The notes under the pieces are model-generated. The model saw only the letters and a list, made by a program, of their open reading frames with translations, was not told where the DNA came from and ran no database searches. Positions 49,568 through 59,930 of a stretch of 62,891 nucleotides of DNA are shown here, piece after piece; within the stretch, counting starts at the first letter, position 1, and each line of letters begins with the position of its first letter. The translations under genes and the position numbers were made by a program. Source of the stretch: Candidatus Omnitrophota bacterium. GTDB lineage: Bacteria > Omnitrophota > Gorgyraeia > Gygaellales > Profunditerraquicolaceae. The stretch is taken from NCBI GenBank assembly GCA_049517335.1, contig JBEKSD010000007.1, forward strand, positions 1 to 62,891. The letters run 5' to 3'.

Positions 49568-50221
49568 ATGATTATTACTGAGAAAAAATCGTTAGAGCAG
49601 ATTTTGAAAGCGCTTGGTGGTTATACCAAGATTTTCTTGGTTGGCTGCGGGGAATGCGCCACGACCTGTAAGACAGGTGGTGAGGTAGAAATGGAGCAGT
49701 TAAAATTACAGCTTCAGGAGCACGGCAAGAATGTAGTTGGAATGTGCGTACCGTCTGCCCCATGCGTTGCCGCAAAAGTAAAAACCGAATTAGCCAAGAA
49801 TATGAAATCGCTGCGGGAAGCCGAAGCGATTTTAGTCTTAGCCTGCGGTTTAGGGACGCAGTCCGTCAAAGATAACGAGCGTTTAGGCCTGGAAGTAATT
49901 CCTGCGCTGAATACTATGTTTGGCGCAGTAATGGACTCGCAAGGTAATTTCGCCGAGAAATGTTCCTTATGTGGAGAATGTGTTTTGGATGTAACAGGCG
50001 CGATATGCCCGGTTACTTTATGCGCTAAAGGACTTTTGAACGGTCCCTGCGGAGGAATGAATAAAGGTAAATGCGAAGTGGATAAAGAAAAAGACTGCGC
50101 CTGGGTTTTAATTTACAAAGAATTAGAGAAAAAGAATAAGTTAGGTTCTTTAAAAGAAATTCGTCAGCCGAAGGACCATAAAAAGTCATTAAGGCCGCGT
50201 AAATTAATAATGGCACAGTAG
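49568..50221 (+). CDS. Methylenetetrahydrofolate reductase C-terminal-domain (MetV-like) Fe-S/Zn protein
   Basis: GCGECATTC, ACGLG, CSLCGEC, CPVTLCAKGLLNGPCGG. Confidence 0.88.
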   Translation: MIITEKKSLEQILKALGGYTKIFLVGCGECATTCKTGGEVEMEQLKLQLQEHGKNVVGMCVPSAPCVAAKVKTELAKNMKSLREAEAILVLACGLGTQSVKDNERLGLEVIPALNTMFGAVMDSQGNFAEKCSLCGECVLDVTGAICPVTLCAKGLLNGPCGGMNKGKCEVDKEKDCAWVLIYKELEKKNKLGSLKEIRQPKDHKKSLRPRKLIMAQ

Positions 50222-50223
50222 AC

Positions 50224-50664
50224 ATGGAACAGCCGCTTCCTTATAGCGCAAAAGTAATGGATCATTTTTCCCATCCCAGAAATGTAGGGGAAATTCATGA
50301 TGCCAGCGGTATAGGTACCGTTGGCAACCCGATCTGCGGGGACGTAATGAAAATGTTTTTAAAAATAGAGAAGAATGTCATTGTGGATGTTAAGTTTAAG
50401 ACATTTGGATGCGGAGCCGCTATAGCCACGAGTTCAATGGTTACGGAGATGGTCAAAGGCAAGAGCATTGAGGAAGCTTTGAAGATTTCCAATAAAGCGG
50501 TTGCTGAAGCGTTGGGAGGCCTGCCTCCGGTTAAAATGCATTGTTCCGTCTTAGCTGAAGATGCCCTGCGCTCGGCGCTAAAAGATTATTACCGCAAGCA
50601 GGGGATGAGCGTTCCTTTTGAAGATAAACCGCACACCCATGATGAGCATGGAAAGAGCGGATAG
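50224..50664 (+). CDS. iscU: Fe-S cluster scaffold NifU/IscU
   Basis: GNPICGD, TFGCGAA, KMHCS. Confidence 0.93.
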   Translation: MEQPLPYSAKVMDHFSHPRNVGEIHDASGIGTVGNPICGDVMKMFLKIEKNVIVDVKFKTFGCGAAIATSSMVTEMVKGKSIEEALKISNKAVAEALGGLPPVKMHCSVLAEDALRSALKDYYRKQGMSVPFEDKPHTHDEHGKSG

Positions 50665-50677
50665 TTAGGTATAAGCC

Positions 50678-51223
50678 ATGTTGACAAAGCAAGCTATACG
50701 TAGTAAAATCCTTTTAGAGTTAGAAAATCAGGAGGAGGAAAGCCGGAAGCGAAAAAGTTCTATAATAAAAAATAAACTTTTCAGGACCAAGGTTTTTAGA
50801 AAAGCAAAAATTGTAATGTTTTACATCGCGTTTAAGGGCGAGGTAGAAACAGAAGAGATGATAAAAGAAGCTTTAAATCTAGGTAAGATAGTCACTGTGC
50901 CAGTTTGTAAGCCACATAAATTAGCATTAGAGCCGTGTATTTTAGATAACCACGCAAATTTAAAACGGGGCCCTTACGGAGTAAAAGAGCCGGTGGAGGA
51001 AAGATGCCTCCCTTTATCCGCGCTCCAGCTCGTAATCGTTCCGGGGATTGCCTTTGACAAAAAAGGCAACCGTCTCGGCCGGGGCAAGGGTTATTATGAC
51101 CGCTTACTCCAGAAACTACCCAGGACAATACAATCTATCGGCTTGGCATTTGACTTTCAAATCCTCTCATCTGTTCCATCCCACGCCCACGACGTAGCAG
51201 TCGGCAGGGTAATTTTTAACTAA
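50678..51223 (+). CDS. ygfA: 5-formyltetrahydrofolate cyclo-ligase
   Basis: VPGIAFD..GNRLGRGKGYYDR. Confidence 0.94.
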   Translation: MLTKQAIRSKILLELENQEEESRKRKSSIIKNKLFRTKVFRKAKIVMFYIAFKGEVETEEMIKEALNLGKIVTVPVCKPHKLALEPCILDNHANLKRGPYGVKEPVEERCLPLSALQLVIVPGIAFDKKGNRLGRGKGYYDRLLQKLPRTIQSIGLAFDFQILSSVPSHAHDVAVGRVIFN

Positions 51224-51277
51224 TCTTTTAATTTTTAAAAAATTCATCCTGCAGTAGCATAAAGAAGGGAGTTTAAG

Positions 51278-52834
51278 ATGTTGTTGAATATATTTATTTT
51301 ATTTGCCGCTAGTGTTATTGCGGCAGTCAGCGGTTACCTTTTGAGGAAACACCTCGCTGAAAAAAAGATTCAGGATGCCGAAACGCAGGCGGGGGTAATT
51401 TTAGAACAGGCGAGGAAAGAGCTTCAGGATAAAAGGCGCGAAGCCGAGCTTGAAGCCAAGGATCTTTTATACAGGATGCGGCAGGATTTTGAGCGGGAGA
51501 CTAAAGACCGCCGGGTGGAAATAACGAACTTAGAAAGAAGACTTGCGCAAAAAGAGGAAAATATTGACCGCCGCCTCAACTTACTGGAGCAGAAAGAAAA
51601 AGATATAGAACTTAAGCACGAAAACGTGAAGAAGCAGGAGGATGCCTTAAAAGTAAAAGACACCCAGTTGCTTTCTTTAATTGCCGAAGAGAAGGAGAGA
51701 TTACAGAAGATTTCTTCTTTGTCTGCGGAGGAAGCAAAACAGATTTTATTAAGCCGGCTCAGCGAAGAATTGAATAATGAGAAAGCCGTGCTCATTAAAA
51801 AGCATGAAGAGGAATTACGCGCTGTTATGGATAAAAAGGCAAGGGAGGTAATGAGCCTGGCGATACAAAGATGCGCTGCGGAACATACAGTAGAAACAAC
51901 GGTAAGCGTGGTAACGTTGCCTAACGATGAAATGAAGGGTAGGGTTATCGGCAGGGAAGGCCGCAATATCCGCGCCCTTGAAATGGCAACGGGAGTGGAC
52001 GTTATCATTGACGATACCCCTGAGGCGGTAACTTTGTCGGCATTTGACACGGTGCGCAGGGAAATCGCCCGTTTAAGCCTTGAAAAGTTGATTGCCGATG
52101 GTAGGATCCATCCGGGCCGCATTGAAGAAGTGGTTGAGAAAACTAAAAAAGATATGGATGATAAAATTAAAGAAGAAGGGGAGCGTGCAGCATTTGAGGC
52201 CGGCGTGAACGGCCTACACCCCGAATTGATAAAGCTTTTAGGGCGGTTAAAATACCGCACCAGTTTTGGCCAGAATGCCCTGCAGCACTCTAAAGAGGTG
52301 TCTTTTCTTTTAGGCGTTATGGCCTCTGAAATCGGCCTTGATTTTAAGCTTGGTCGCAGGATCGGTCTGCTCCATGATATCGGCAAGGCGGTTGATCATC
52401 AGGTTGAAGGGACCCATGCGAAACTGGGGGCAGATTTAGCCAAGAAATTTAATGAATCAACGGAAGTAATCCATGCTATTGAAGCCCACCACGAAGAAAC
52501 GCAACCGCAGAGTTTGTATGCGGTTTTGGCAGTTGCCGCCGACGCTATAAGCGCTGCCCGGCCGGGCGCACGCAGAGAGACCTTAGAGACATATGTTAAG
52601 AGGCTGGAAAGCCTGGAATCAATTGCCAACGTCTTTAAAGGGGTGGAGAAGTCTTTTGCTATTCAGGCCGGCCGAGAAATACGGGTAATTGTACAGCCGG
52701 AAAAGATTTCCGATGCGGACGCCATTAATCTGGCCCGGGAAATCCGCAAGAAAATTGAGGAAGGTATGGAATATCCGGGGCAGATAAAAGTTACCGTGAT
52801 CAGGGAGACAAGGTCAATTGAATACGCAAAGTAG
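51278..52834 (+). CDS. rny: Ribonuclease Y
   Basis: N-terminal TM, coiled coil, KH (IGREGRN), HD (LLHDIGK). Confidence 0.97.
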   Translation: MLLNIFILFAASVIAAVSGYLLRKHLAEKKIQDAETQAGVILEQARKELQDKRREAELEAKDLLYRMRQDFERETKDRRVEITNLERRLAQKEENIDRRLNLLEQKEKDIELKHENVKKQEDALKVKDTQLLSLIAEEKERLQKISSLSAEEAKQILLSRLSEELNNEKAVLIKKHEEELRAVMDKKAREVMSLAIQRCAAEHTVETTVSVVTLPNDEMKGRVIGREGRNIRALEMATGVDVIIDDTPEAVTLSAFDTVRREIARLSLEKLIADGRIHPGRIEEVVEKTKKDMDDKIKEEGERAAFEAGVNGLHPELIKLLGRLKYRTSFGQNALQHSKEVSFLLGVMASEIGLDFKLGRRIGLLHDIGKAVDHQVEGTHAKLGADLAKKFNESTEVIHAIEAHHEETQPQSLYAVLAVAADAISAARPGARRETLETYVKRLESLESIANVFKGVEKSFAIQAGREIRVIVQPEKISDADAINLAREIRKKIEEGMEYPGQIKVTVIRETRSIEYAK

Positions 52835-52846
52835 CCTATAAATAAT

Positions 52847-53632
52847 ATGCATATACTTTTTATCGGTGATATTGTCGGCTCACCGGGCAGGGAAGCGATT
52901 AAAATGCTACTGCCTGAGTTAAAAAAAGAACATTCTTTGGGTTTTGTGGTCGCTAACGCCGAGAATGTTGCCGGTGGTTCGGGGATTACCCTGAAAACCG
53001 CACAGGACCTTTTTACTTCAGGTCTTGACGTATTGACATCCGGAGACCATATCTGGAAGAGGAGCGAAATTTTTGAATTACTAAGTAAAGAAGAGAGGAT
53101 TTTGCGTCCGCTTAATTTTCCTATTGGTGCACCGGGAAAAGGAAGCGCGGTTTTTAAAACAAATTCTGGCAAAAAGATAGGCGTAATAAATGTGAACGGC
53201 AGGGTTTTTATGGAACCGCTGGATTGCCCGTTCAAAACCTCATCTTCCGCAGCAGAAGAACTCTCCAAAGAAACAAATATTATTATAGTGGATATGCACG
53301 CCGAAGCCACATCTGAAAAGGTCGCCTTAGGCTGGTATCTAGACGGAAAAGTTTCTGCGGTTTTAGGAACCCATACCCATATACAGACCGCCGATGAAAG
53401 AATCTTGCCCCAAGGCACGGCTTATATCAGTGACGCGGGGATGACCGGACCGTATGATTCGGTAATCGGCAGGCGGACAGAGGACGTCTTGCAGAGATTC
53501 CTTACCCTTATTCCGACAAGATTTGAAGTTGCGCAAGGTAATATCCAGTTGCACGGGGTAATTTTAGACATAGATGAGAAAACAGGCAAGGCAAAGTCAA
53601 TTGAAAGAATACAGAAGAAATTAAATGCTTAA
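52847..53632 (+). CDS. ymdB: YmdB/TIGR00282 metallophosphoesterase
   Basis: IGDIVG, NAEN, SGDH, DMHAEATSEK, GTHTH. Confidence 0.94.
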   Translation: MHILFIGDIVGSPGREAIKMLLPELKKEHSLGFVVANAENVAGGSGITLKTAQDLFTSGLDVLTSGDHIWKRSEIFELLSKEERILRPLNFPIGAPGKGSAVFKTNSGKKIGVINVNGRVFMEPLDCPFKTSSSAAEELSKETNIIIVDMHAEATSEKVALGWYLDGKVSAVLGTHTHIQTADERILPQGTAYISDAGMTGPYDSVIGRRTEDVLQRFLTLIPTRFEVAQGNIQLHGVILDIDEKTGKAKSIERIQKKLNA

Positions 53633-55361
53633 AAAGTATTACTTTGTTACCGGAATTTTACTATTATTCATCGTTTGTAATTTGTGCATTGGGTTTCTTA
53701 ATTTTTCTTTTGCGCAGGGTGATGATTTAGAATTTAACATTGATCTTAATTCTCCCACTGTTTCGCTACCGGCTATTTATAAGCCCAATGTGGATTTAAG
53801 CGGCAGGGGAGTTTACAGCCCGGGCTGGCCGCAGAGTTTAAGTTCAAAAGAAGTAGTGGAAATCTGGCAGAAGGACATAGGTTTCTCCGGTTTCTATCGC
53901 ATACAATATAATTTATGGGAAATTAACGAACTGGCAAAGAATAAAGATGAGCAGAAAAAGCTTTTGGAAAATTATGATAATGTTATTAAGAGTATAAGCG
54001 ATTCCGGCGCAGTTGTGATTTTGGATATCTTTGGCACACCCGCGGGCATGGGCAGGGTTTTGGATAAAAAAAGCGCTCCGGTGGATTTAGACGCGTTTAA
54101 GAAGTTGATTAAGGATACGGTTCGCGAGTTAAGCTGCAATAAAAAATATAATATATGGTATGAAGTTTGGAATGCTCCTGATTTGGATGATTTTTTCTTA
54201 GGCCGGCAGCAGGAGTATTTCAATCTCTACCGTACAGTTGCGCAAGCCGTAAAAGAACTGAAGCAGGAGACCAACATAAATATCCCGGTAGGCGGACCTT
54301 CGGTAAGCTGGTGGTTCAAGTCGCTGGAACCGAATACTATCCTTACGCCGGAGAGAAGTTTGATTTACGGGTTAATCCGTTATTGTTATTCGTACCAGCT
54401 CCCGCTTGATTTTATCAGCTGGCACGGCTATTCAACTGACCCCATGGCTGAACAAGAAAGTACGCTTTACCATAAATATACCGTATCCCTCATACGTGAC
54501 TGGCTTACCTATTTTCGCTTTGAGAGCAATACTCCGATAATTATTGATGAATGGAATTTTGACCGGGATACGAATATCTTGCCAGAGCGTCATGAGCATG
54601 CGTATATCGCGGCAAGTTACATACCCGCCCGCATCAACGGCATGCTTGACTCTGGGATTGATAATCAAGTTTATTTTTCGCTTCAGGATTTTGAGAATAA
54701 GAAAGAAGCAATTGTAAGGAACGTGGGAGCCTTTGAAAATAAAGGCGAAGCCAAGGCGATTTATAATGTATTTCGTATGCTCGGTTCGTTAGGGAAAAAC
54801 ATGTTCGTTACCAAAACGGATGATGAATTCTGTAAGTTGCTCGCTACAAAGTCAGACGATACCATTACCCTGCTTATTTATAATTATATAGATCCCCAGG
54901 CAGCCCGCAACTATTTATCCAAGAACATCGTAAATTTAAGTGCATCCGAGAGGAAGATGCTGATTAATATCATTAAGACTGATAAACTTAATCAAATAAT
55001 CTCCGGCTCAATAGGCGTGTCTACGCTGCACCTGACAAAGAGGGTTGAGGAGCTCTTGGGTTCCGCGCTAGAGATAAGCGAAAAAACTAAAAAATGCTCA
55101 TCCGAAAGCCGCAATGTGAAAATAAATATTAAGAACCTGAAAGAAAATTATATCTATCAGCTTTATTCGGTTGACTCAAACTGCATAAAGAGCTGTGTCT
55201 TTTCTCCCCGGGAAGAAAAAGAAATTACAGCCGGCGATTACAGTGCTACGCTTGCAATAAGCCCTTACTCCGTTAATATGATTGTGCTTAAAGTTAAACC
55301 TAAAGAACCAGTTCCGGCTCCGGCGGCAACGGTACCGGTAAAAGAAGAGGAAAAGAAATAA
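53625..55361 (+). CDS. Secreted GH39-like glycoside hydrolase-fold protein
   Basis: Signal/TM helix; YEVWNAPD, VGGPS, DFISWHGY, IIIDEWN. Confidence 0.7.
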   Translation: MLKKYYFVTGILLLFIVCNLCIGFLNFSFAQGDDLEFNIDLNSPTVSLPAIYKPNVDLSGRGVYSPGWPQSLSSKEVVEIWQKDIGFSGFYRIQYNLWEINELAKNKDEQKKLLENYDNVIKSISDSGAVVILDIFGTPAGMGRVLDKKSAPVDLDAFKKLIKDTVRELSCNKKYNIWYEVWNAPDLDDFFLGRQQEYFNLYRTVAQAVKELKQETNINIPVGGPSVSWWFKSLEPNTILTPERSLIYGLIRYCYSYQLPLDFISWHGYSTDPMAEQESTLYHKYTVSLIRDWLTYFRFESNTPIIIDEWNFDRDTNILPERHEHAYIAASYIPARINGMLDSGIDNQVYFSLQDFENKKEAIVRNVGAFENKGEAKAIYNVFRMLGSLGKNMFVTKTDDEFCKLLATKSDDTITLLIYNYIDPQAARNYLSKNIVNLSASERKMLINIIKTDKLNQIISGSIGVSTLHLTKRVEELLGSALEISEKTKKCSSESRNVKINIKNLKENYIYQLYSVDSNCIKSCVFSPREEKEITAGDYSATLAISPYSVNMIVLKVKPKEPVPAPAATVPVKEEEKK

Positions 55362-56599
55362 TGCCCAATGAAGCGCTTGATACTAAGAGGCATATTTATA
55401 CCGTAGCCGAGATTACTCAGGATATCAAGTTGATTCTGGAAAATACTTTTGCGCAAGTCTGGGTTGAAGGCGAAGTTTCTAATTTCCGCCCGTCGCAGGC
55501 AGGGCATCTTTATTTTTCTCTAAAAGACAAAGACGCGCTTTTAAACGCGGTAATATTCGCTAGGGCAGCGCTGGAAACTAAATTTAAGCTGGAAGACGGA
55601 TTAAAGGTAATTTGCTATGGCAAGATTGATGTTTATCCTCCGCGCGGGCAATACCAGTTAATAATCGAAAAAATCGAGCCGAAAGGTATCGGTAGCCTCC
55701 AACTGGCTCTGGAGCAGTTAAAAAGAAAGTTGGAAAAAGAAGGGCTGTTCGCCGAGGATCATAAGAGACCCATACCTTACCTGCCATCAAGAATAGGGCT
55801 GGTAACTTCTATTTCGGGCGCGGCGATAAAAGATATTTTAAAGGTGTTAGAGAGAAGGTTCGGGGATATTCATGTAGTTATTAACCCGGTTCAGGTGCAG
55901 GGGGATACTGCTAAAGATGAAATCGCCTGCGCCATTGAGGAGTTCAATTGTTATAACGAGAACCTGCCTTTAGAAGAGCATATTGAGGTTCTGATTGTCG
56001 GTAGAGGCGGAGGGAGCATTGAAGACCTCTGGGCTTTTAATGAGGAAATTGTTGCCCGGGCCATTTACAATTCTGGCATTCCGGTAATTTCAGCAGTAGG
56101 GCATGAACGGGACTGGACGGTTGCGGATTTGGTTGCGGATATGCGCGCACCTACGCCGTCTTCTGCGGCAGAGTTGGTCGTACCTGAGAAAAAAGAACTG
56201 CGGGAGCAGATAGAGGTGCTGGTTGAAAGTCTGAATCTAAGCATGAATCACAGCATAGAATTATTGCGGCAGGATTTCTTTAGCACTCAGAAGAAATTAT
56301 CCCTGCTTAACCCAATAGCGCTGCTCAAGCAGTATAAAGAAAGGGTGCTGGATTTGGCGCGGCAGATTTTTGTGCGTACGGAACATTTCTTAAAATTACG
56401 CCGGGCAGGGTTTAATACTTTAATTGAAAAACTGGCATCCTTAAGCCCCTTGAATATTCTGGCGCGCGGCTACAGCATTACCTTTAAAATGCCGGGAGAA
56501 GAAATCATCAAAAGCACCCAAGGGTTAAAAACAGGGGATGCGATTAAGACACGTTTGCATAAGGGAGAAATCATAAGCAGGGTAACGGAGGTAAATTAA
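55361..56599 (+). CDS. xseA: Exodeoxyribonuclease VII large subunit
   Basis: WVEGEVSN, GHLYF, RGGGSIEDL, PTPS, RGYS. Confidence 0.96.
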   Translation: MPNEALDTKRHIYTVAEITQDIKLILENTFAQVWVEGEVSNFRPSQAGHLYFSLKDKDALLNAVIFARAALETKFKLEDGLKVICYGKIDVYPPRGQYQLIIEKIEPKGIGSLQLALEQLKRKLEKEGLFAEDHKRPIPYLPSRIGLVTSISGAAIKDILKVLERRFGDIHVVINPVQVQGDTAKDEIACAIEEFNCYNENLPLEEHIEVLIVGRGGGSIEDLWAFNEEIVARAIYNSGIPVISAVGHERDWTVADLVADMRAPTPSSAAELVVPEKKELREQIEVLVESLNLSMNHSIELLRQDFFSTQKKLSLLNPIALLKQYKERVLDLARQIFVRTEHFLKLRRAGFNTLIEKLASLSPLNILARGYSITFKMPGEEIIKSTQGLKTGDAIKTRLHKGEIISRVTEVN

Positions 56600-56601
56600 A
56601 A

Positions 56602-56838
56602 ATGGCTGAATTAAAATTCGAAGATGCATTAAAAAAACTGGAGAAGATTGTTGGACAGCTTGAGGGCGGCGAGCTCTCTCTGGATGAAGCGCTCAAGGTT
56701 TACGAAGAAGGGATTGAATTATCGCGCACCTGCGCGCAGCGGCTGGATAATGCCAAAAAAAAGATAGACATTCTGACTAAGAACAAGAAGGGCGAATTTG
56801 GCTTAAAACCCCTTAATGAATCCGAAGTAAAGGAATAA
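56602..56838 (+). CDS. xseB: Exodeoxyribonuclease VII small subunit
   Basis: FEDALKKLEKIV, LDEAL..YEEG. Confidence 0.94.
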   Translation: MAELKFEDALKKLEKIVGQLEGGELSLDEALKVYEEGIELSRTCAQRLDNAKKKIDILTKNKKGEFGLKPLNESEVKE

Positions 56839-58682
56839 TGTTAGAAAAAATCAATTCTCCCGCAGATTTACGGACTCTAAGCATAGAGCAATTGCCTGTT
56901 TTAGCCTCAGAGATACGTCAGAGGATAATTGAAGTGGTTTCAAAGACCGGCGGCCATCTGGCGTCTTCTTTGGGCGCAGTGGAATTGACCGTTGCACTGC
57001 ATTATTGCCTGAATACCCCGGAAGATAAAATCATCTTTGATGTAGGGCATCAGACTTATGCCCATAAGATATTGACTGGCAGGAACGGCTCATTTGATAG
57101 CTTAAGGCAATATCGGGGTTTAAGCGGATTCCCCTCCAAAGACGAATCCGTTTATGATCCCTTTACAACAGGGCACAGCTCAGACGCAGTGTCGCTTGCC
57201 TTAGGGCTGGCATGCGCGCGCGATTTAAGCCCGTTAAAGCATAATTTCAAGACAGTAGCGGTTATTGGCGACGGCTCTTTAAGCGGTGGGCTTTGTTTTG
57301 AGGGCCTGAATAACGCAGGCCATCTTAAGAAAGACATCCTTGTAGTTTTAAACACCAATGAATTAAGCATAGCTCCTAATACCGGGGCGATAAGTATTTA
57401 TTTGAATAAAATTATTTCCCTGCCGGTTTATAACCGTTTTAAAGATTCGCTTGAGAAGTTTGCGAATTCACGCCTGCCCAAAGGAAGCAGGATTTTAAAA
57501 CTGGTAAATAAATTTGAGGAGGGGTTAAAGAATTTATTCGTTCCCGGCATGCTCTTTGAAGAGCTGGGCTTTAGGTATTTTGGCCCGCTTGACGGCCACG
57601 ATCTCAATCTTTTAGTCAGGACATTAAAGAATATTTCGCTTATTAAAGGGCCTTTGCTTTTGCACGTGATTACTAAAAAAGGAAAAGGCTATCCTCCGGC
57701 TGAAAAGGACCCGGTACGTTTCCACGGCTTGGGCCCGTTTGATGCGCAAAGCGGGGACGCGGTTAAGGGTGCATCCGGAGAAACCTATACTAAAGTATTC
57801 AGCAATAAAATTATTGATTTAGCAAGACAAAATGAGAAAATAGTGGCAATAACCGCGGCTATGCCGGAAGGGACGGGGTTGGATAAATTCCGGGATGCTT
57901 TCCCGCAAAGATTCTTTGATGTCGGCATTGCCGAGCCTCACGCGGTTTCTTTTAGCGCAGGCCTTGCCAAGGCGGGGTTTAAGCCGGTAGTGGCAGTATA
58001 TTCAACATTTTTGCAAAGAGCATATGACCAGATTGTTGAGGATATCGCTTTGCAGGATTTACCGGTTGTTTTTTGCCTTGATCGCGCAGGGGTAGTCGGA
58101 GAAGACGGCGTTACCCATCAGGGTATTTTTGATATTGCTTATTTAAGAACCATTCCTAATTTAATAGTCATGGCGCCGAAAGATACTTTGGAACTAGAGA
58201 AGATGCTTGAATTTGCCTTTAAGTTAAATAAACCGGTGGCTTTAAGATACCCTAAAGGCATGGGTGAGCGGCTCAATTTAGAAGATTCCACAATAGAATT
58301 GGGTAAGTTTGAAATTTTAAAAGAAGGCGCGGGCTTTGTTGTGTTTGCCTTAGGGAGCATGGTTATGCCTGCTTATGAAGCGTTGAATTTATTGCAAAAA
58401 GAAGGCCTAAGCGGGACCTTGGTAAACGCGCGTTTTGTAAAGCCTTTAGACAACGATATGCTGCATACACTTTCAACTGGGAAAAAACGCATATTCAGCG
58501 TCGAGGAAGGAATAATTGACGCCGGGTTCGGCAGCGCCATCAGCGAGACAATAGGTATGCCGGTTACAAGAATAGGGCTGCCTTGCGAGTTTATTACCCA
58601 CGGGAAGAGAGAAATAATTTTGGATAAATACGGCCTGACTGCCGGAAAAATCGCAGCAAAAATAAAATCGGCTTATGCCTAA
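56838..58682 (+). CDS. dxs: 1-deoxy-D-xylulose-5-phosphate synthase
   Basis: GGHL, DVGHQ, GDGSL, DVGIAE, DGVTHQG. Confidence 0.96.
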   Translation: MLEKINSPADLRTLSIEQLPVLASEIRQRIIEVVSKTGGHLASSLGAVELTVALHYCLNTPEDKIIFDVGHQTYAHKILTGRNGSFDSLRQYRGLSGFPSKDESVYDPFTTGHSSDAVSLALGLACARDLSPLKHNFKTVAVIGDGSLSGGLCFEGLNNAGHLKKDILVVLNTNELSIAPNTGAISIYLNKIISLPVYNRFKDSLEKFANSRLPKGSRILKLVNKFEEGLKNLFVPGMLFEELGFRYFGPLDGHDLNLLVRTLKNISLIKGPLLLHVITKKGKGYPPAEKDPVRFHGLGPFDAQSGDAVKGASGETYTKVFSNKIIDLARQNEKIVAITAAMPEGTGLDKFRDAFPQRFFDVGIAEPHAVSFSAGLAKAGFKPVVAVYSTFLQRAYDQIVEDIALQDLPVVFCLDRAGVVGEDGVTHQGIFDIAYLRTIPNLIVMAPKDTLELEKMLEFAFKLNKPVALRYPKGMGERLNLEDSTIELGKFEILKEGAGFVVFALGSMVMPAYEALNLLQKEGLSGTLVNARFVKPLDNDMLHTLSTGKKRIFSVEEGIIDAGFGSAISETIGMPVTRIGLPCEFITHGKREIILDKYGLTAGKIAAKIKSAYA

Positions 58683-58884
58683 AATAACGATTAATCATGA
58701 AAAATGCAAAGGCTGTCTTCTTTGTGTTTCGGTCTGCCCCAAGGGTTCCATTAAACAAAAAGTAACTTTAAATAAGAGGGGGGTTAAGCCCGTTGAATTT
58801 AAGGAAGGTTCAGATTGCTTAGGTTGCTCCATGTGTGCGATAATCTGTCCTGATGTTTGCATAGAGGTATTTAGAGAAGAATGA
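58675..58884 (+). CDS. 4Fe-4S ferredoxin (delta subunit of oxidoreductase)
   Basis: CKGCLLCVSVCP and CLGCSMCAIICPD. Confidence 0.92.
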   Translation: MPKITINHEKCKGCLLCVSVCPKGSIKQKVTLNKRGVKPVEFKEGSDCLGCSMCAIICPDVCIEVFREE

Positions 58885-59930
58885 AGAAGATATTGATATC
58901 AGGAAATGAAGCAATTGCCGAAGGCGCGCTGCAGGCAGGGTGCACTTTTTATGCGGGGTACCCTATCACCCCGCAGAATGAATTAATCGCCTATTTTGCT
59001 AAAAACTTGTCCAGCCGCGGAGGGATTTTTATTCAGGCTGAATCGGAACTTGCGGCGATTAATATGGTTTACGGCGCCTCTGCCGCAGGGGTGCGGGCAA
59101 TGACTTCTTCTTCAAGCCCGGGTATAAGCCTGAAACAGGAAGGCATTTCCTATATTGCCGGAGCCGAGCTCCCAGCAGTAATTGTAAATATTATGCGCGG
59201 CGGACCGGGCCTGGGGAATATCTGGCCGGCGCAATCAGATTACTTCCAGAGCACGCGCGGCGGCGGGCACGGTGATTACCGCTGTATAGTTATTGCGCCC
59301 TCTTGCGTGCAGGAGGCGTATGATTCAATGTTCACGGCCTTTGATTTAGCTGATAAATACCGCATGCCGGTGATAATTTTAGGGGACGGTATGCTTGGGC
59401 AGGTTATGGAACCCTTAAAATTAACAAAATTTAAAATTAAAAATTATAAAAAACCCTGGGCCTTGACAGGCTGCAGGAATAGGGAACCGAATATCGCAAA
59501 ATCATTTTTCATGGCAGAAGGGGATTTGGAGCAGGCCAATATCAAATTACAGAAAAAATATAAAACGATCCAGGCGAAAGAAGAGCGCTTTGAAGATTTA
59601 TTCCTTGATGATGTAAAAATAGTGTTGGTTGCCTATGGCACGATGGCGCGCATTGTAAAAAGCGTTGTTAATAAATTAAGGAAGGGTGGCTTAAAAATCG
59701 GCTTAATCCGACCGATAACGCTCTGGCCTTTTCCGGAAAATATTTTTAAGCGATTAGCGGTAAAGAATAAACGGCTGGCATTTCTGGTGGTTGAGATGTC
59801 CTACGGCCAGATGCTGGAAGACGTAAAATTGGCGGTAAACGGAAAAGCCCGGGTAGAATTTTTAGGCCGTTCAGGCGGCGGCGTGCCGGGCGAAGAAGAA
59901 ATTATCAAAAAAATCAAGAGCCTGAAATAA
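58881..59930 (+). CDS. 2-oxoacid:ferredoxin oxidoreductase alpha subunit (VorB-like)
   Basis: AGYPITPQ, ESELAA, TSSSSPG. Confidence 0.92.
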   Translation: MKKILISGNEAIAEGALQAGCTFYAGYPITPQNELIAYFAKNLSSRGGIFIQAESELAAINMVYGASAAGVRAMTSSSSPGISLKQEGISYIAGAELPAVIVNIMRGGPGLGNIWPAQSDYFQSTRGGGHGDYRCIVIAPSCVQEAYDSMFTAFDLADKYRMPVIILGDGMLGQVMEPLKLTKFKIKNYKKPWALTGCRNREPNIAKSFFMAEGDLEQANIKLQKKYKTIQAKEERFEDLFLDDVKIVLVAYGTMARIVKSVVNKLRKGGLKIGLIRPITLWPFPENIFKRLAVKNKRLAFLVVEMSYGQMLEDVKLAVNGKARVEFLGRSGGGVPGEEEIIKKIKSLK

